DNA of 64,000 nt from Halanaerobiales bacterium (GCA_046482435.1 JAWOEZ010000083.1:7176-71175); one strand, 5' to 3'; positions 36,488-47,168 are shown, numbered from the stretch's first letter. Notes: generated by a model from the sequence alone, not told the origin. Program-made: numbers and translations.

Positions 36488-38182
36488 TTATATGGTTATT
36501 TTGTTTTTAATCTTTTCAAATTTTACTTTCCCAATTCCTTTTATATTTTTTAGTTCTGTTTTAGTGCTAAATTTCCCTTTATTATTTCTGTATTTAATTA
36601 TTCTTTCTCCATAAGACTTTCCGATTCCCTTAATTTGGGTTAGTTTTCTTAAATCGGCCTCATTGATGTTTATTTTATTTGGTTTTATAGTACTAGTTTT
36701 TTTGCTTTTTTTAGTTTTGATTGATTTTTTGTCTTTTCTATCTATTACAATCTTATTATAAAGTTCTTCATACTTTTTAGCTGCTTTATTCCAACTGAAA
36801 TCCTGTTCCATCACTCTCTTTACCAGTTTAGACCAGACTTCTTTTTGATGGTAAAAAGAAAGGGCTCTTTTTATGGTATGAAGCATATCATGTGCATTAT
36901 AGTCGCCGAATGAAAAACCATACCCAGTATCCTCGTATTCATTATAGGGAAGGACAGTATCTTTTAACCCCCCAGTTTCTTTTACAATAGGTACTGTACC
37001 ATAACGCATACTTATTAATTGGCCTAAACCACAGGGTTCAAATCTAGAAGGCATTAGAAACATATCACTGCCTGCATAGATTTTCTGTGCTAGTTCGGAA
37101 TCATATGTTATATTAACACTTATTTTATCCGGATACCGTGAACTTACATACCTGAAAAAATCTTCGTACTTGTTTTCACCGGTTCCTAAAACTACGAAAT
37201 GTAAATCTTGTTCCATCATCTCTTCAACAACTGCTGGGAAAAGGTCGATACCCTTTTGCTCTACAAGACGCGAAATAATAGATATTACTGGAATATCTTT
37301 GTTTTGTTCAAGGCCTAGTTCCTTTTGTAAATTTAATTTGTTTTCATATTTAGCTTCAATATTTTCTTTACCAAAATTATGATAAATCCGTTCATCCTTT
37401 TCTGGATTGAATTCATCATAGTCTATACCATTTAATATTCCATATAAGTCATCATCTCTCATCCTTAATATATAATCCAGGCCTTCTCCATAATATTCGG
37501 TTTTTATTTCTTCAGCATATGTTTTACTTACTGTATTAATTATATCTGAATACATAATTCCAGCTTTCATATAATTAACCAGATTGCCATGTCTTATATT
37601 TCCAGAAGACAAATGATAATTTGATACTCCTAAAACATCGCCCACTATCTGAGGATCAAATTTGCCCTGATAGGCAAGATTATGAATTGAAAACACTGTT
37701 TTTATATCTCTGTAAAAATCATAGACCTGATAATTATCTTTCAACATCAAACTTAGAGGACCAGTCTGCCAGTCATTGCAGTGTATTATATCAGGTTGAA
37801 AGTCTATTTTATTTATCATCTCTAAAACGGCCCTTGAAAAGAAGGCATATTGTTCTTCTTTATCACCGTTTTCATATAAGGATTCTCTGAAGAAATAGTA
37901 CTTATTATCTATAAAGTAAGTAGGAACCCCTTTATAATCAAGTTTATTAACCCCTACATACTTCTCTCTCCAGACCATCTTCATCTTAAAATCAGTAACA
38001 TGTTCCAAGTTCTCAACAAAACGATACGGGATTTTTTTATATTCAGGCATAACCACTCTTACATCATGGCCTTTCTTTTTGAGTTCGCTTGGTAAGGCTC
38101 CTGCTACATCAGCCAATCCACCAGTTTTCATGAAGGGTGATATTTCAGGAGAAACGAATAGAATTTTTAATTTTTTTGACAT
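36488..38182 (-). CDS. glgA: glycogen synthase fused to a C-terminal ComEA-type helix-hairpin-helix domain
   Basis: KTGGLADV motif and a GT5 body of about 480 aa. This is followed by a Lys-rich linker and tandem HhH motifs (IKGIGKSYGERII and IKGIGKVKFEKI). Confidence 0.85.
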   Translation of the reverse strand: MSKKLKILFVSPEISPFMKTGGLADVAGALPSELKKKGHDVRVVMPEYKKIPYRFVENLEHVTDFKMKMVWREKYVGVNKLDYKGVPTYFIDNKYYFFRESLYENGDKEEQYAFFSRAVLEMINKIDFQPDIIHCNDWQTGPLSLMLKDNYQVYDFYRDIKTVFSIHNLAYQGKFDPQIVGDVLGVSNYHLSSGNIRHGNLVNYMKAGIMYSDIINTVSKTYAEEIKTEYYGEGLDYILRMRDDDLYGILNGIDYDEFNPEKDERIYHNFGKENIEAKYENKLNLQKELGLEQNKDIPVISIISRLVEQKGIDLFPAVVEEMMEQDLHFVVLGTGENKYEDFFRYVSSRYPDKISVNITYDSELAQKIYAGSDMFLMPSRFEPCGLGQLISMRYGTVPIVKETGGLKDTVLPYNEYEDTGYGFSFGDYNAHDMLHTIKRALSFYHQKEVWSKLVKRVMEQDFSWNKAAKKYEELYNKIVIDRKDKKSIKTKKSKKTSTIKPNKININEADLRKLTQIKGIGKSYGERIIKYRNNKGKFSTKTELKNIKGIGKVKFEKIKNKITI

Positions 38183-38373
38183 GGACTAATTCCTCCTCTA
38201 TACTTCTGTATTTCTTATTATACATTAATTTTAATAAACTTTCACATAAGTGTCAAAAAATTAAAAACAAGTACTCTCAAATAGTATTTTAACCCTATTA
38301 TAATAATTATTAAAAGGATATTAATTGTCCTTCTTGAAATATATAAAAAAGCACATCTTTGGGGGAATACTTA

Positions 38374-40263
38374 ATGTCTAACTTATTTATCAGTGATTAT
38401 GATAGGTATCTTTTTAATAAAGGAGAACACTATCAAATATATCAATTTCTCGGTGCTCACCTTGAAAATGAAAACAATAAACAAGGCGTCAGATTTTCTG
38501 TATGGGCTCCTTCAGCACGTAAAGTTTCAGTAGTAGGAGAATTTAACAACTGGAATAGATTTGCAAATACTATGGAAGATATTGGGGAAAGTGGAATTTG
38601 GACTACATTTATACCAGGAGTAAAAGAAGGGGCTATTTACAAATATTCTATTACTGGCCCCCACGGGGATACTTTTCTGAAATCCGATCCTGTTGCCTTC
38701 TCTTCTGAAGAAAGTCCCAGGACTGCTTCGGTTGTAACTACCTTAGATAAACATGATTGGGACGATAAACTGTGGATGGAAAAGAGGGAAAATAAGAAAC
38801 CCCATATAGAACCCATCAATATTTATGAAGTTCATGCCGGTTCCTGGAAAACTGATCAAGAAGGTGAATCATATAATTACCGCCGTCTGGCTGATGAATT
38901 AATACCTTATGTTAAAGAAATGGGGTTTACCCATCTTGAATTAATGCCCCTTACAGAATTTCCATTCGGTGGATCATGGGGCTATCAAACTACTGGATAT
39001 TTTTCACTAACCAGCAGATATGGTAGCCCGGAAGATTTTATGTACTTTGTCGATAAGGCTCATCATTATGGAATAGGTGTATTAATGGATTGGGTCCCCA
39101 GCCATTTCTGTAAAGATAAACATGGATTAAGGCTATTCGATGGGACCCCACTTTATGAAAGCTCAGACTCTAAAAGAGCTGAAAATATTCAATGGGATAC
39201 ACTCAATTTTGATTACACTCAACCAGAAGTTTGGAGTTTTTTAATTTCCAGTGCCCGTTTTTTTCTAGATATCTACCATATTGATGGAATCAGAGTCGAT
39301 GCAGTAAGTAATATGCTATATCTTGACTATAATAAAGAAGAAGACCAGTGGACTCCTAATAAATATGGTGGTAATGAAAATCTACAAGCTGTCGATTTTA
39401 TAAAAAGGTTAAACCAGGTAGTCTTCAAAGAATTCCCGGGGACCTTGATGGTAGCTGAAGAATCTACGTCCTGGCCTAAGGTCACAGCCCCTATCGATGA
39501 AGGCGGACTCGGATTTAATTTCAAATGGAATATGGGGTGGATGAATGACATATTAAAATATATGGAAGAAGATCCTATAATGAGAAAAGGAAGGCATAAT
39601 TTGCTGACATTTTCAATGATGTATACCTATTCAGAAAATTATATCCTACCACTTTCACATGATGAAGTAGTTCACGGCAAAAAATCATTATTAGACAAAA
39701 TGGCGGGAGACTATTGGCAGAAATTTGCTAACTTAAGATTGCTTTTCGCCTATATGCACGCCCATCCCGGCAAAAACCTCCTTTTTATGGGGGGAGAATT
39801 CGGTCAATTTATAGAATGGAACTACAAACAGGAATTAGACTGGCTGCTCCTCAATTATTTAAAACATCAGGAACTTAAAAAATATGTAAAAGAACTAAAT
39901 GGGTTTTATAAAAACAATAACGCTTTCTGGTTTAAAGATTATAAACATGAAGGCTTTCAATGGATTGAAGCTGATGATAACAAAAATAGTATGCTCAGTT
40001 TTACTCGCTCTGGGAAAACAAAAGATGACTTAAGAATAGTAGTCTGTAATTTCACTCCTGTTCCTAGAGAAAACTATAAAATCGGAGTACCTTTTCCTGG
40101 TCAATATAAAGAAGTGTTTAACAGTGATAATGAAAAATATGGGGGCTCCGGGATTACAAATCATAATAAAATACAAAGTAAAAAAGAGGAGTACAACGGC
40201 TTTCCCTATACCATAGAATTTACCGCTCCTCCCCTAGCAGCTATATATCTAAAAAATATATGA
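38374..40263 (+). CDS. glgB: 1,4-alpha-glucan branching enzyme
   Basis: GH13 motifs DWVPSHF, GIRVDAV, MVAEES, SHDE. ATG at 38374 follows GGGGGAA. Confidence 0.9.
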   Translation: MSNLFISDYDRYLFNKGEHYQIYQFLGAHLENENNKQGVRFSVWAPSARKVSVVGEFNNWNRFANTMEDIGESGIWTTFIPGVKEGAIYKYSITGPHGDTFLKSDPVAFSSEESPRTASVVTTLDKHDWDDKLWMEKRENKKPHIEPINIYEVHAGSWKTDQEGESYNYRRLADELIPYVKEMGFTHLELMPLTEFPFGGSWGYQTTGYFSLTSRYGSPEDFMYFVDKAHHYGIGVLMDWVPSHFCKDKHGLRLFDGTPLYESSDSKRAENIQWDTLNFDYTQPEVWSFLISSARFFLDIYHIDGIRVDAVSNMLYLDYNKEEDQWTPNKYGGNENLQAVDFIKRLNQVVFKEFPGTLMVAEESTSWPKVTAPIDEGGLGFNFKWNMGWMNDILKYMEEDPIMRKGRHNLLTFSMMYTYSENYILPLSHDEVVHGKKSLLDKMAGDYWQKFANLRLLFAYMHAHPGKNLLFMGGEFGQFIEWNYKQELDWLLLNYLKHQELKKYVKELNGFYKNNNAFWFKDYKHEGFQWIEADDNKNSMLSFTRSGKTKDDLRIVVCNFTPVPRENYKIGVPFPGQYKEVFNSDNEKYGGSGITNHNKIQSKKEEYNGFPYTIEFTAPPLAAIYLKNI

Positions 40264-40270
40264 TTTATTT

Positions 40271-42175
40271 TTACCTAATGTAGAGCACCATTGCTGAAAG
40301 TGGTGGCACTTTTATATTATCTGATTCAAAACTATGCAGGGATTCTGTTCCTGCATAGTTTGCATTTACTACTATATTAAACTTTCTTTCTTTACCAAGC
40401 CAGAATCTACTCCAATGATGCTGGGGATTGTATAATACATAAATATCTTTCCACTCATCACCATTTGCATGCTCTTTCAAAATAAATCCGATTGCTGCAT
40501 CTTCACTTTCAATAAAATGTAACTTCCTTCTTATCATTTCAGGATCTTTCATCCTAAATGCAGGGTGTTCTTTCCGTAATTTTATCAACCCTTTATAATA
40601 AAGAAAAGTATCATAATAATACGTTTTTCTTTCCCACTTAATTTGATTGATATGATCCCCTGCATTATAACTGTTGTGATTACCATATTTAGTTCTTAAA
40701 AACTCTTCTCCACCTTGAATAAAGGGAACCCCTTGTGAAGTAAAAACAATTGCCTGGGCAAGTCGGTCCATTTTAATTCTATCATCTTCAGGAGCCTTAC
40801 TTACCGATTTATTAATTTTATCCCAAAGAGTTAGATTATCATGAGCACTCACATAATTAATTGTCTCTTCCGGTTTGGAGGCAAAGTCCTTTAATTCAAA
40901 ACTATAGTCAATACTACCCACAATACCTCTTTTAATATCACTATAGGTTTCATATTTACCATTAACATACCCTTTTGTAAATCCATCTGTGTTTCCTTTC
41001 AATGCATCACGGAAATTATCATTGAAAAAAGCTATGTTATGATCTCTTTGATCTCCCTTCCCAATCTTTTGATGGTCCTCTAAATGGGGGGGTTCAGCAG
41101 CCCAAGGTTCTCCATATAACAAAATATCAGAGTTCATATCATGTAATACATTTTCAATAGTATACATCGTTTCTTTATCCATTAAGCCCATTAAATCAAA
41201 TCTAAAACCATCTATATGATATTCTTTAACCCAGTATTTCAATGAATCTATGATAAATTTCCTTACCATCGGTCTTTCAGTTGCAATTTCATTACCACAA
41301 CCTGAGCCATTAGTCAAATAGCAATCATTGATTAACCGATAAAAATAACCGGGTGCTGTTTTTTGAAAGGCTGATTCCTTTGTATAATAAGTATGATTGT
41401 ATACTACATCCATTATTACTCCAATTCCGTTATCATGCAAACTCTTAATCATTTTTTTAAATTCTTTAATTCGCTGATACCCTTCCGGTTTATTTGCATA
41501 AGAACCTTCAGGTACATTATAGAAATGAGGGTCATAACCCCAATTATACTCATAACGGTTTTCTTCATCTACTGTAGCATAATCAAATACCGGGAGGAGG
41601 TGAACATGAGTTACACCTAATTCCTTAAGATGATCTAACCCGGTACTCAAGCCCTGGTTGTTTACAGTCCCCTGTTCTGTAAAAGCCAAATAATCTCCTC
41701 TGTTTTTAATACCAGAATATGGAGACGTAGAAAAATCTCTTACATGAACCTCATATATAACTGCATCCACTGAACTATCAAGAGATTTACATTTATCACT
41801 TTCCCAATCTTTAGGGTTAGTTTTATCCAGGTTAACAATTAAACCCATCTGACTATTGGGAGCCAATCCTTTTGCATAAGGGTCTATCGTTTTTTCGATT
41901 CTATTTCCGAAATCAACGGCAAATAGATAATACTTACCTGCATAATCACCTTTTAATTTTATCTTCCAGCTCCCACTTATACCTTCAATCAACTCAAAAA
42001 CTTCAAATGGCTCCTCATTTTTATAGTGATTATAAATTTCTAATTTAACATTTTTAGCTGTAGGTGCCCATAACTTTACCATGGTTTCCCTTTTTGAATA
42101 ATTAACACCTAAGTCCTCACTACTATATATAAATTCAGGTCTATAAACACCTTCCTGTAATTCAATAATATCCAT
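40271..42175 (-). CDS. pulA: type I pullulanase / debranching enzyme (GH13)
   Basis: GH13 motifs DVVYNHT, GFRFDLMG, YGEPW, VSAHDN, with an N-terminal CBM48-like region. Confidence 0.85.
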   Translation of the reverse strand: MDIIELQEGVYRPEFIYSSEDLGVNYSKRETMVKLWAPTAKNVKLEIYNHYKNEEPFEVFELIEGISGSWKIKLKGDYAGKYYLFAVDFGNRIEKTIDPYAKGLAPNSQMGLIVNLDKTNPKDWESDKCKSLDSSVDAVIYEVHVRDFSTSPYSGIKNRGDYLAFTEQGTVNNQGLSTGLDHLKELGVTHVHLLPVFDYATVDEENRYEYNWGYDPHFYNVPEGSYANKPEGYQRIKEFKKMIKSLHDNGIGVIMDVVYNHTYYTKESAFQKTAPGYFYRLINDCYLTNGSGCGNEIATERPMVRKFIIDSLKYWVKEYHIDGFRFDLMGLMDKETMYTIENVLHDMNSDILLYGEPWAAEPPHLEDHQKIGKGDQRDHNIAFFNDNFRDALKGNTDGFTKGYVNGKYETYSDIKRGIVGSIDYSFELKDFASKPEETINYVSAHDNLTLWDKINKSVSKAPEDDRIKMDRLAQAIVFTSQGVPFIQGGEEFLRTKYGNHNSYNAGDHINQIKWERKTYYYDTFLYYKGLIKLRKEHPAFRMKDPEMIRRKLHFIESEDAAIGFILKEHANGDEWKDIYVLYNPQHHWSRFWLGKERKFNIVVNANYAGTESLHSFESDNIKVPPLSAMVLYIR

Positions 42176-42207
42176 TATATTATTTCTCCTTATAAAATTA
42201 ATTTTTT

Positions 42208-42663
42208 TTATACCGCTTTATTCATTTCTTTAATAAATTCAATAAATATATCTATAATTTTAGGATCAAACTGTTCACCAGCATTCTTTTTCAATTCACT
42301 AATTGCTTCTTCTCTTGGCAAAGCATCACGATAAGCTCGGTCTGAAGTCATTGCTGAATAAGCATCCGCTACAGTAATTATCCTTGAGATTAAGGGAATT
42401 TCTTCTTCTTTTAAGCCGGCCGGATAACCATTACCATCCCACCTTTCATGGTGGTATAAAACGTATTTGGCTATTTCATTTAATCTTTTGGATTCTGAAA
42501 GGGATTCATAAGCCCAGCGTGGATGCTTTTTTATTAAATCATAGTCTTTCTCTGAAAAATTTTCTTTTTTATTTAAAGTAATTCTTGGTATAATCAATTT
42601 CCCAATATCATGAACTAAACCTGTCCAATAGGCATGTTTAATTTCTTTTTGGCTAAGATTCAT
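42208..42663 (-). CDS. HD-GYP domain protein, N-terminally short (possible remnant)
   Basis: HDIGK and HHERWDGNGYP motifs are present. Only 151 aa, and it lacks the segment that normally carries the first metal-binding His. Confidence 0.6.
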   Translation of the reverse strand: MNLSQKEIKHAYWTGLVHDIGKLIIPRITLNKKENFSEKDYDLIKKHPRWAYESLSESKRLNEIAKYVLYHHERWDGNGYPAGLKEEEIPLISRIITVADAYSAMTSDRAYRDALPREEAISELKKNAGEQFDPKIIDIFIEFIKEMNKAV

Positions 42664-42794
42664 TTCTTAACACCCATTTCAGTTACCTATTTACTCATAT
42701 ATTATACTTCAATAAAACTATACTAACCCCTTCAAGCAGGTAATTAATTTTTTTTATAGAATTACCAATTAATAAGGTTAAAGAGGTGAAAAAA

Positions 42795-43778
42795 ATGTCA
42801 TGTCTTGATTCAAAATATAGATTTTCAAATAGTAGTGATATTGATCTAATTAGTTTCGGAGAACTGCTCGTTGATTTAATCACTAACATGGAAGAAGTAA
42901 TCTTATCAGAAGCTGAACAATTTTCCAGATATTTTGGTGGATCAGCTGGTAATGTAGCAGTGAATGCAAAAAGGCTGGGGGCTGAGATAAGAATCTTATC
43001 CAGAATCGGAGATGATTTTTTCGGTGATTTCCTTTTGAATGTGTTGCACAGAGAAAATATAAATACGGAAAGTATCCAAATAGACAAAAAAAGAAGGACC
43101 CCTTTAGTCTTTGTAAATAAAACAAGTGGCACACCTTCTTGGTTGGCATACCGTGATGCTGACCAATATATAAAATTTGATAATCAAGTAAAAAGAATAG
43201 TAGAAAACACTAAAATAATATATTTAACAACTTATATCCTCTCACAAAAAACTTCTCGAGAAACTGCTTTAAAAGTTCTTGAAATGATTAAAAATGACGA
43301 GGAAAAATTGTTAGCTTTTGATCCTTGTTACCGCCCTATTCTATGGCCTGAAAAAGATAATGGAGAAAAAATTGTTAAAAAAATTATTTCCACAGCAGAA
43401 TTTATCAAACCCTCATTAGATGATGCAGAATATTTATTTGGTCCAGATACTCCAGAAAATTATATCGAAAAATATTTGCAAGTAGGAGCAAACATTGTTA
43501 TATTAACTATGGGTGAGAACGGTGTTTTAGTATCGGATGGCAAAGAAAAATTCAGATTAAAAGTTTATTCTAAAAAAGTTGTAGATGTTACTGGTGCAGG
43601 TGATTCTTTCTGGGCTGGTTTTATCAATGGTATTCTTACCGGTATGAAGGTTAAGGATGCTGTGAAGTTAGGTAATGCTTCAGCGGCGTTTAAAATTAGA
43701 GGAGTTGGTGCGTTATCACCCGTTCCTGATAAAAAATATCTTATTAAATATATTAAAGAACAGGAGGCTTTACAATGA
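42795..43778 (+). CDS. PfkB-family sugar kinase (fructokinase-like)
   Basis: GGSAGNVA and DVTGAGDSF motifs. ATG at 42795 follows AGAGGTG. 4-nt overlap with the sps gene. Confidence 0.8.
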   Translation: MSCLDSKYRFSNSSDIDLISFGELLVDLITNMEEVILSEAEQFSRYFGGSAGNVAVNAKRLGAEIRILSRIGDDFFGDFLLNVLHRENINTESIQIDKKRRTPLVFVNKTSGTPSWLAYRDADQYIKFDNQVKRIVENTKIIYLTTYILSQKTSRETALKVLEMIKNDEEKLLAFDPCYRPILWPEKDNGEKIVKKIISTAEFIKPSLDDAEYLFGPDTPENYIEKYLQVGANIVILTMGENGVLVSDGKEKFRLKVYSKKVVDVTGAGDSFWAGFINGILTGMKVKDAVKLGNASAAFKIRGVGALSPVPDKKYLIKYIKEQEALQ

Positions 43779-45268
43779 AGAGTAATGATATAGAGCATAT
43801 AGCGTTTTTAAATCCACAGGGCAATTTTGATCCAAATGACAGTTACTGGACTGAACACCCCGATTTTGGTGGACAGTTAGTTTATGTCAAAGAAGTTTCG
43901 CTAGCTTTAGCTAAACTTGGTATTGATGTAGATATAATTACCAGACAAATAAAAGATGATGATTGGCCGGAATTTTCTCAATCTATGGAACATTATCCTG
44001 AAAGTGATAAAGTTAGAATTATAAGAATACCCTTTGGAGGAGATGAATTTTTAAGGAAAGAAGAACTTTGGCCATATATTAAAGATTACGTAGCTGGTAT
44101 TATTGATTTTTATAAAGACGAAAGCTCTTTTCCAGATTTTGTAACAACTCATTATGGAGATGGGGGGCTAAGTGGAGTTCTATTAAAAAATAAAAAAGGA
44201 ATTCCATTTACCTTCACAGGTCATTCCCTTGGCGCACAAAAGATGGATAAATTAGAGCTTAATAAGGTGAACTTTACAGAATATAATACTGAATTTAATT
44301 TTCATAGAAGGATTATTGCAGAAAGACTTGCCATGAACCATGCAGATGGTATCGCTGTTAGCACATCTCAGGAAAGAAATGAGCAATATACTCATTCTTT
44401 ATATCGCGATGCTGTAAATCCTGAAAATGATGAAAAATTCAAAGTGATTTCTCCAGGAGTTAATACAGATATTTTTAATAGTAAATATAGTGTTGAAATG
44501 AAACAAAAACTGGAAAACTATATCAGTAGAGATATAAAAGAAGAAAGCACAGATCTTCCTCTAATTATTTCATCGAGCCGTCTAGATCAGAAGAAAAATC
44601 ACATCGCTCTCGTTAAAGCCTTTGCAGAAACTGAAGAATTACAAAACAAAGCTAACCTTGCAATTACTTTAAGAGGAATAGAAAACCCTTTTGAAGATTA
44701 TTCTAATGCTGATAAGGAAGAAAAAAAGATTCTTGACCAAATAATGAAAATTCTTTATAATAATAAATGCTCAGATAAAGTAACTATGTTTTCACTTGAA
44801 AGCCAAAAGCAATTAGCTGAAACCTACTCATATTTTGCAAGTAAAAAATCTATTTTTGCCCTAACTTCATTTTATGAACCTTTCGGACTAGCTCCAGTAG
44901 AAGCTATGGTTTCAGGCTTGCCGGCTGTAGTAACAGAAAATGGAGGTCCTGTAGAAATTATGAAAAATGGTGAATACGGTGTGTTGGTAAATCCAGAGGA
45001 ACCAGAAGAAATTGCCGCTGGTTTATTAGACATTTTATCTGATGAAGATAAATGGAAGCTCTTTCACAAAAAAGGTAAAAAAAGAGTTTTAGAAAAATAT
45101 ACCTGGGAACAGACTGCACAGAGCTATCTTGACTTCATGGAAAAAATTTCTAAAAAAGAACCGCAGGAAGAAAAATTAGATATACCTGCTTATTTCTCAG
45201 AACCAGATTCAAAAAATGATTCAAGATTACTTGATATGTTTTTAAGGCTTTGGAAAGGTAGGAATTAA
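43775..45268 (+). CDS. sps: sucrose-phosphate synthase-like GT4 glycosyltransferase (no phosphatase domain)
   Basis: N-terminal NPQGNFDPNDSYWTEHPDFGGQLVYVKE and C-terminal EPFGLAPVEAM motifs. The architecture matches the fructokinase-SPS pair I recall from Halothermothrix orenii. Confidence 0.75.
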   Translation: MKSNDIEHIAFLNPQGNFDPNDSYWTEHPDFGGQLVYVKEVSLALAKLGIDVDIITRQIKDDDWPEFSQSMEHYPESDKVRIIRIPFGGDEFLRKEELWPYIKDYVAGIIDFYKDESSFPDFVTTHYGDGGLSGVLLKNKKGIPFTFTGHSLGAQKMDKLELNKVNFTEYNTEFNFHRRIIAERLAMNHADGIAVSTSQERNEQYTHSLYRDAVNPENDEKFKVISPGVNTDIFNSKYSVEMKQKLENYISRDIKEESTDLPLIISSSRLDQKKNHIALVKAFAETEELQNKANLAITLRGIENPFEDYSNADKEEKKILDQIMKILYNNKCSDKVTMFSLESQKQLAETYSYFASKKSIFALTSFYEPFGLAPVEAMVSGLPAVVTENGGPVEIMKNGEYGVLVNPEEPEEIAAGLLDILSDEDKWKLFHKKGKKRVLEKYTWEQTAQSYLDFMEKISKKEPQEEKLDIPAYFSEPDSKNDSRLLDMFLRLWKGRN

Positions 45269-45293
45269 ATTTAGTTTAGGAGAGTGATTAATT

Positions 45294-46916
45294 TTGATAG
45301 CCAAAGAAAAAAGGAAGAAGGTTGCATATTTCTGTATGGAATATGGGATCAATAATAATTTTAGAATATATGCCGGAGGATTAGGAATTCTAGCAGGTGA
45401 TATATTAAAAGCAGCCTATGAATATGATTATCCTATTATGGGTATTGGGATGCTATGGTTGGAAGGTTATACAAAACAGTTAATCGATGAAAATGGTCGC
45501 CCCTATGATAAATATCCAAATAATGATTATATCTATAACCACCTTGATGACACTGGTATTACTGTAAAAGTACAAATCCAAAATAAAGATATATATTTAA
45601 AAGTTTGGAAACTTGAGACAGATTATATGAACCCTCTTTACCTATTAGACGCAAATCTAGAAAAAAACGGTAAATATGATTGGATAACTAAAAGATTATA
45701 TGCCTGGGGAGAAGAAGAACGAATTGCTCAAGAAATCGCGCTGGGGATAGGTGGTATTAGAGCTATACGAAAACTTGATTTAGATATAGATGTTTATCAC
45801 TATAATGAAGGGCATGCTGTTTTCGCAGGCACAGAAATGATAAAAGAAAAAATGGAAAACGGACTCGAATTTGAACAGGCTTTTAAAGCTGTTCGCAATA
45901 AGACAGTCTTTACCACCCATACTCCTGTTAAAAAAGGTAATGAAATCCACAAACATTCTACTTTGAAAAAAATGGGGGCTTATAATGGACTTAATGAGGA
46001 GCAGATGAAAAAGATTGGTAATGAACCTTTTAGCAATACAGTTGCGGGATTAAGGTTAGCCAAAATTTCTAATGGGGTAGCTCAACTACATGGAGTTACA
46101 GCCCGGAATATGTGGAAAGACGTTGAAAACAAATCACCTATTAAAGCAATCACAAATGGTGTGCATCGTAAATCATGGGTTGATTCTAGAATTTTTTCAG
46201 CTTTTGAAGATGGAAATGAATTATTCCCCATTCATCAACAACTAAAATCAGAACTAATAAATTATGTTAAAGATAAAGCCAATGTAAAGTTAGATAAAAA
46301 CAAACTATTAATTGGGTTTGCTAGAAGAGCAGCCCCTTATAAAAGAGCAAATTTAATTTTTCAAAAAATGGATATAATAGACCCATATCTTGAAGAAGGT
46401 AAGATTCAGTTGATCTTTTCTGGTAAGGCTCACCCTTTAGATGATAAGGGGAAAGATCTGATAGCCAAAATAATAAAAATGACTAAAAAATATCCTAACA
46501 GTGTTATCTTCTTGGAGGATTATAACATGGAAATTGCGAAGATGATGACCCGTGGTGTTGATGTCTGGCTCAATAATCCCCGTAGACCAAAAGAAGCGAG
46601 CGGTACGTCAGGAATGAAAGCAGCTATGAACGGAGTGTTAAACCTCAGTATTCTTGATGGCTGGTGGCCAGAAGCCTGTCAACATGGAATGAACGGCTGG
46701 CAGTTTGGTGATGGTTATATGGGTGAAAATCAGGATAAGCATGACTTAGAATCTTTATATAGAGTTTTATTTAATGAAGTACTTCCCACATATTATGATC
46801 ATAAAGAACAATGGGAAGAAATGATGAATAATAGTATTGAAAGTACCTATCAAGAATTTTCAGCTCATAAAATGTTAGAAAACTACTACTTAAAAATGTA
46901 TAGAAAGACAAAATGA
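45294..46916 (+). CDS. glgP: alpha-glucan phosphorylase (GT35, short form)
   Basis: PLP-lysine motif EASGTSGMKAAMNG. TTG start 9 nt after GGAGAG. Confidence 0.85.
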   Translation: MIAKEKRKKVAYFCMEYGINNNFRIYAGGLGILAGDILKAAYEYDYPIMGIGMLWLEGYTKQLIDENGRPYDKYPNNDYIYNHLDDTGITVKVQIQNKDIYLKVWKLETDYMNPLYLLDANLEKNGKYDWITKRLYAWGEEERIAQEIALGIGGIRAIRKLDLDIDVYHYNEGHAVFAGTEMIKEKMENGLEFEQAFKAVRNKTVFTTHTPVKKGNEIHKHSTLKKMGAYNGLNEEQMKKIGNEPFSNTVAGLRLAKISNGVAQLHGVTARNMWKDVENKSPIKAITNGVHRKSWVDSRIFSAFEDGNELFPIHQQLKSELINYVKDKANVKLDKNKLLIGFARRAAPYKRANLIFQKMDIIDPYLEEGKIQLIFSGKAHPLDDKGKDLIAKIIKMTKKYPNSVIFLEDYNMEIAKMMTRGVDVWLNNPRRPKEASGTSGMKAAMNGVLNLSILDGWWPEACQHGMNGWQFGDGYMGENQDKHDLESLYRVLFNEVLPTYYDHKEQWEEMMNNSIESTYQEFSAHKMLENYYLKMYRKTK

Positions 46917-46933
46917 TAAAAGTTAAATTATTT

Positions 46934-46969
46934 GTCCCTTCTTTTTTAGATAAAAGAAGGGACTTTTTT
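46934..46969 (+). terminator. intrinsic terminator of the frk-sps-glgP operon
   Basis: GTCCCTTCTTTT, 6-nt loop, AAAAGAAGGGAC, followed by TTTTTT. Confidence 0.85.
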
Positions 46970-47009
46970 ATAACTATTTATTCTTGAATTGATTAATATA
47001 TCAAAATAT

Positions 47010-47168
47010 TTATTCTTCTTTTACCAAATGAATATTATCCCCTTTAGAAAACATTTTTAAAGAATCATTATTATCGATTCCTACCTCTTCTAATACTTCA
47101 CGTGGAAGTGTAACCCCACCCTCTTCATCAATTTCCAAAATAAAACCTGTACTTTTCAAATAAATCAT
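47010..47168 (-). CDS. small SpoVT/AbrB-like domain protein (52 aa, below the ORF-track cutoff)
   Basis: Minus strand has AAGGAAGGGG followed by ATG. The product is MIYLKSTGFILEIDEEGGVTLPREVLEEVGIDNNDSLKMFSKGDNIHLVKEE, with the AbrB/MazE looped-hinge pattern (G-v-lP-e-le--gi--gD-l). Confidence 0.45.
   Translation of the reverse strand: MIYLKSTGFILEIDEEGGVTLPREVLEEVGIDNNDSLKMFSKGDNIHLVKEE

Noticed and set aside
42695-43149. 145-aa and 88-aa minus-strand ORFs
   Set aside because: They are antisense to the 5' part of the PfkB kinase gene and its promoter region. There is no RBS and no recognisable domain.
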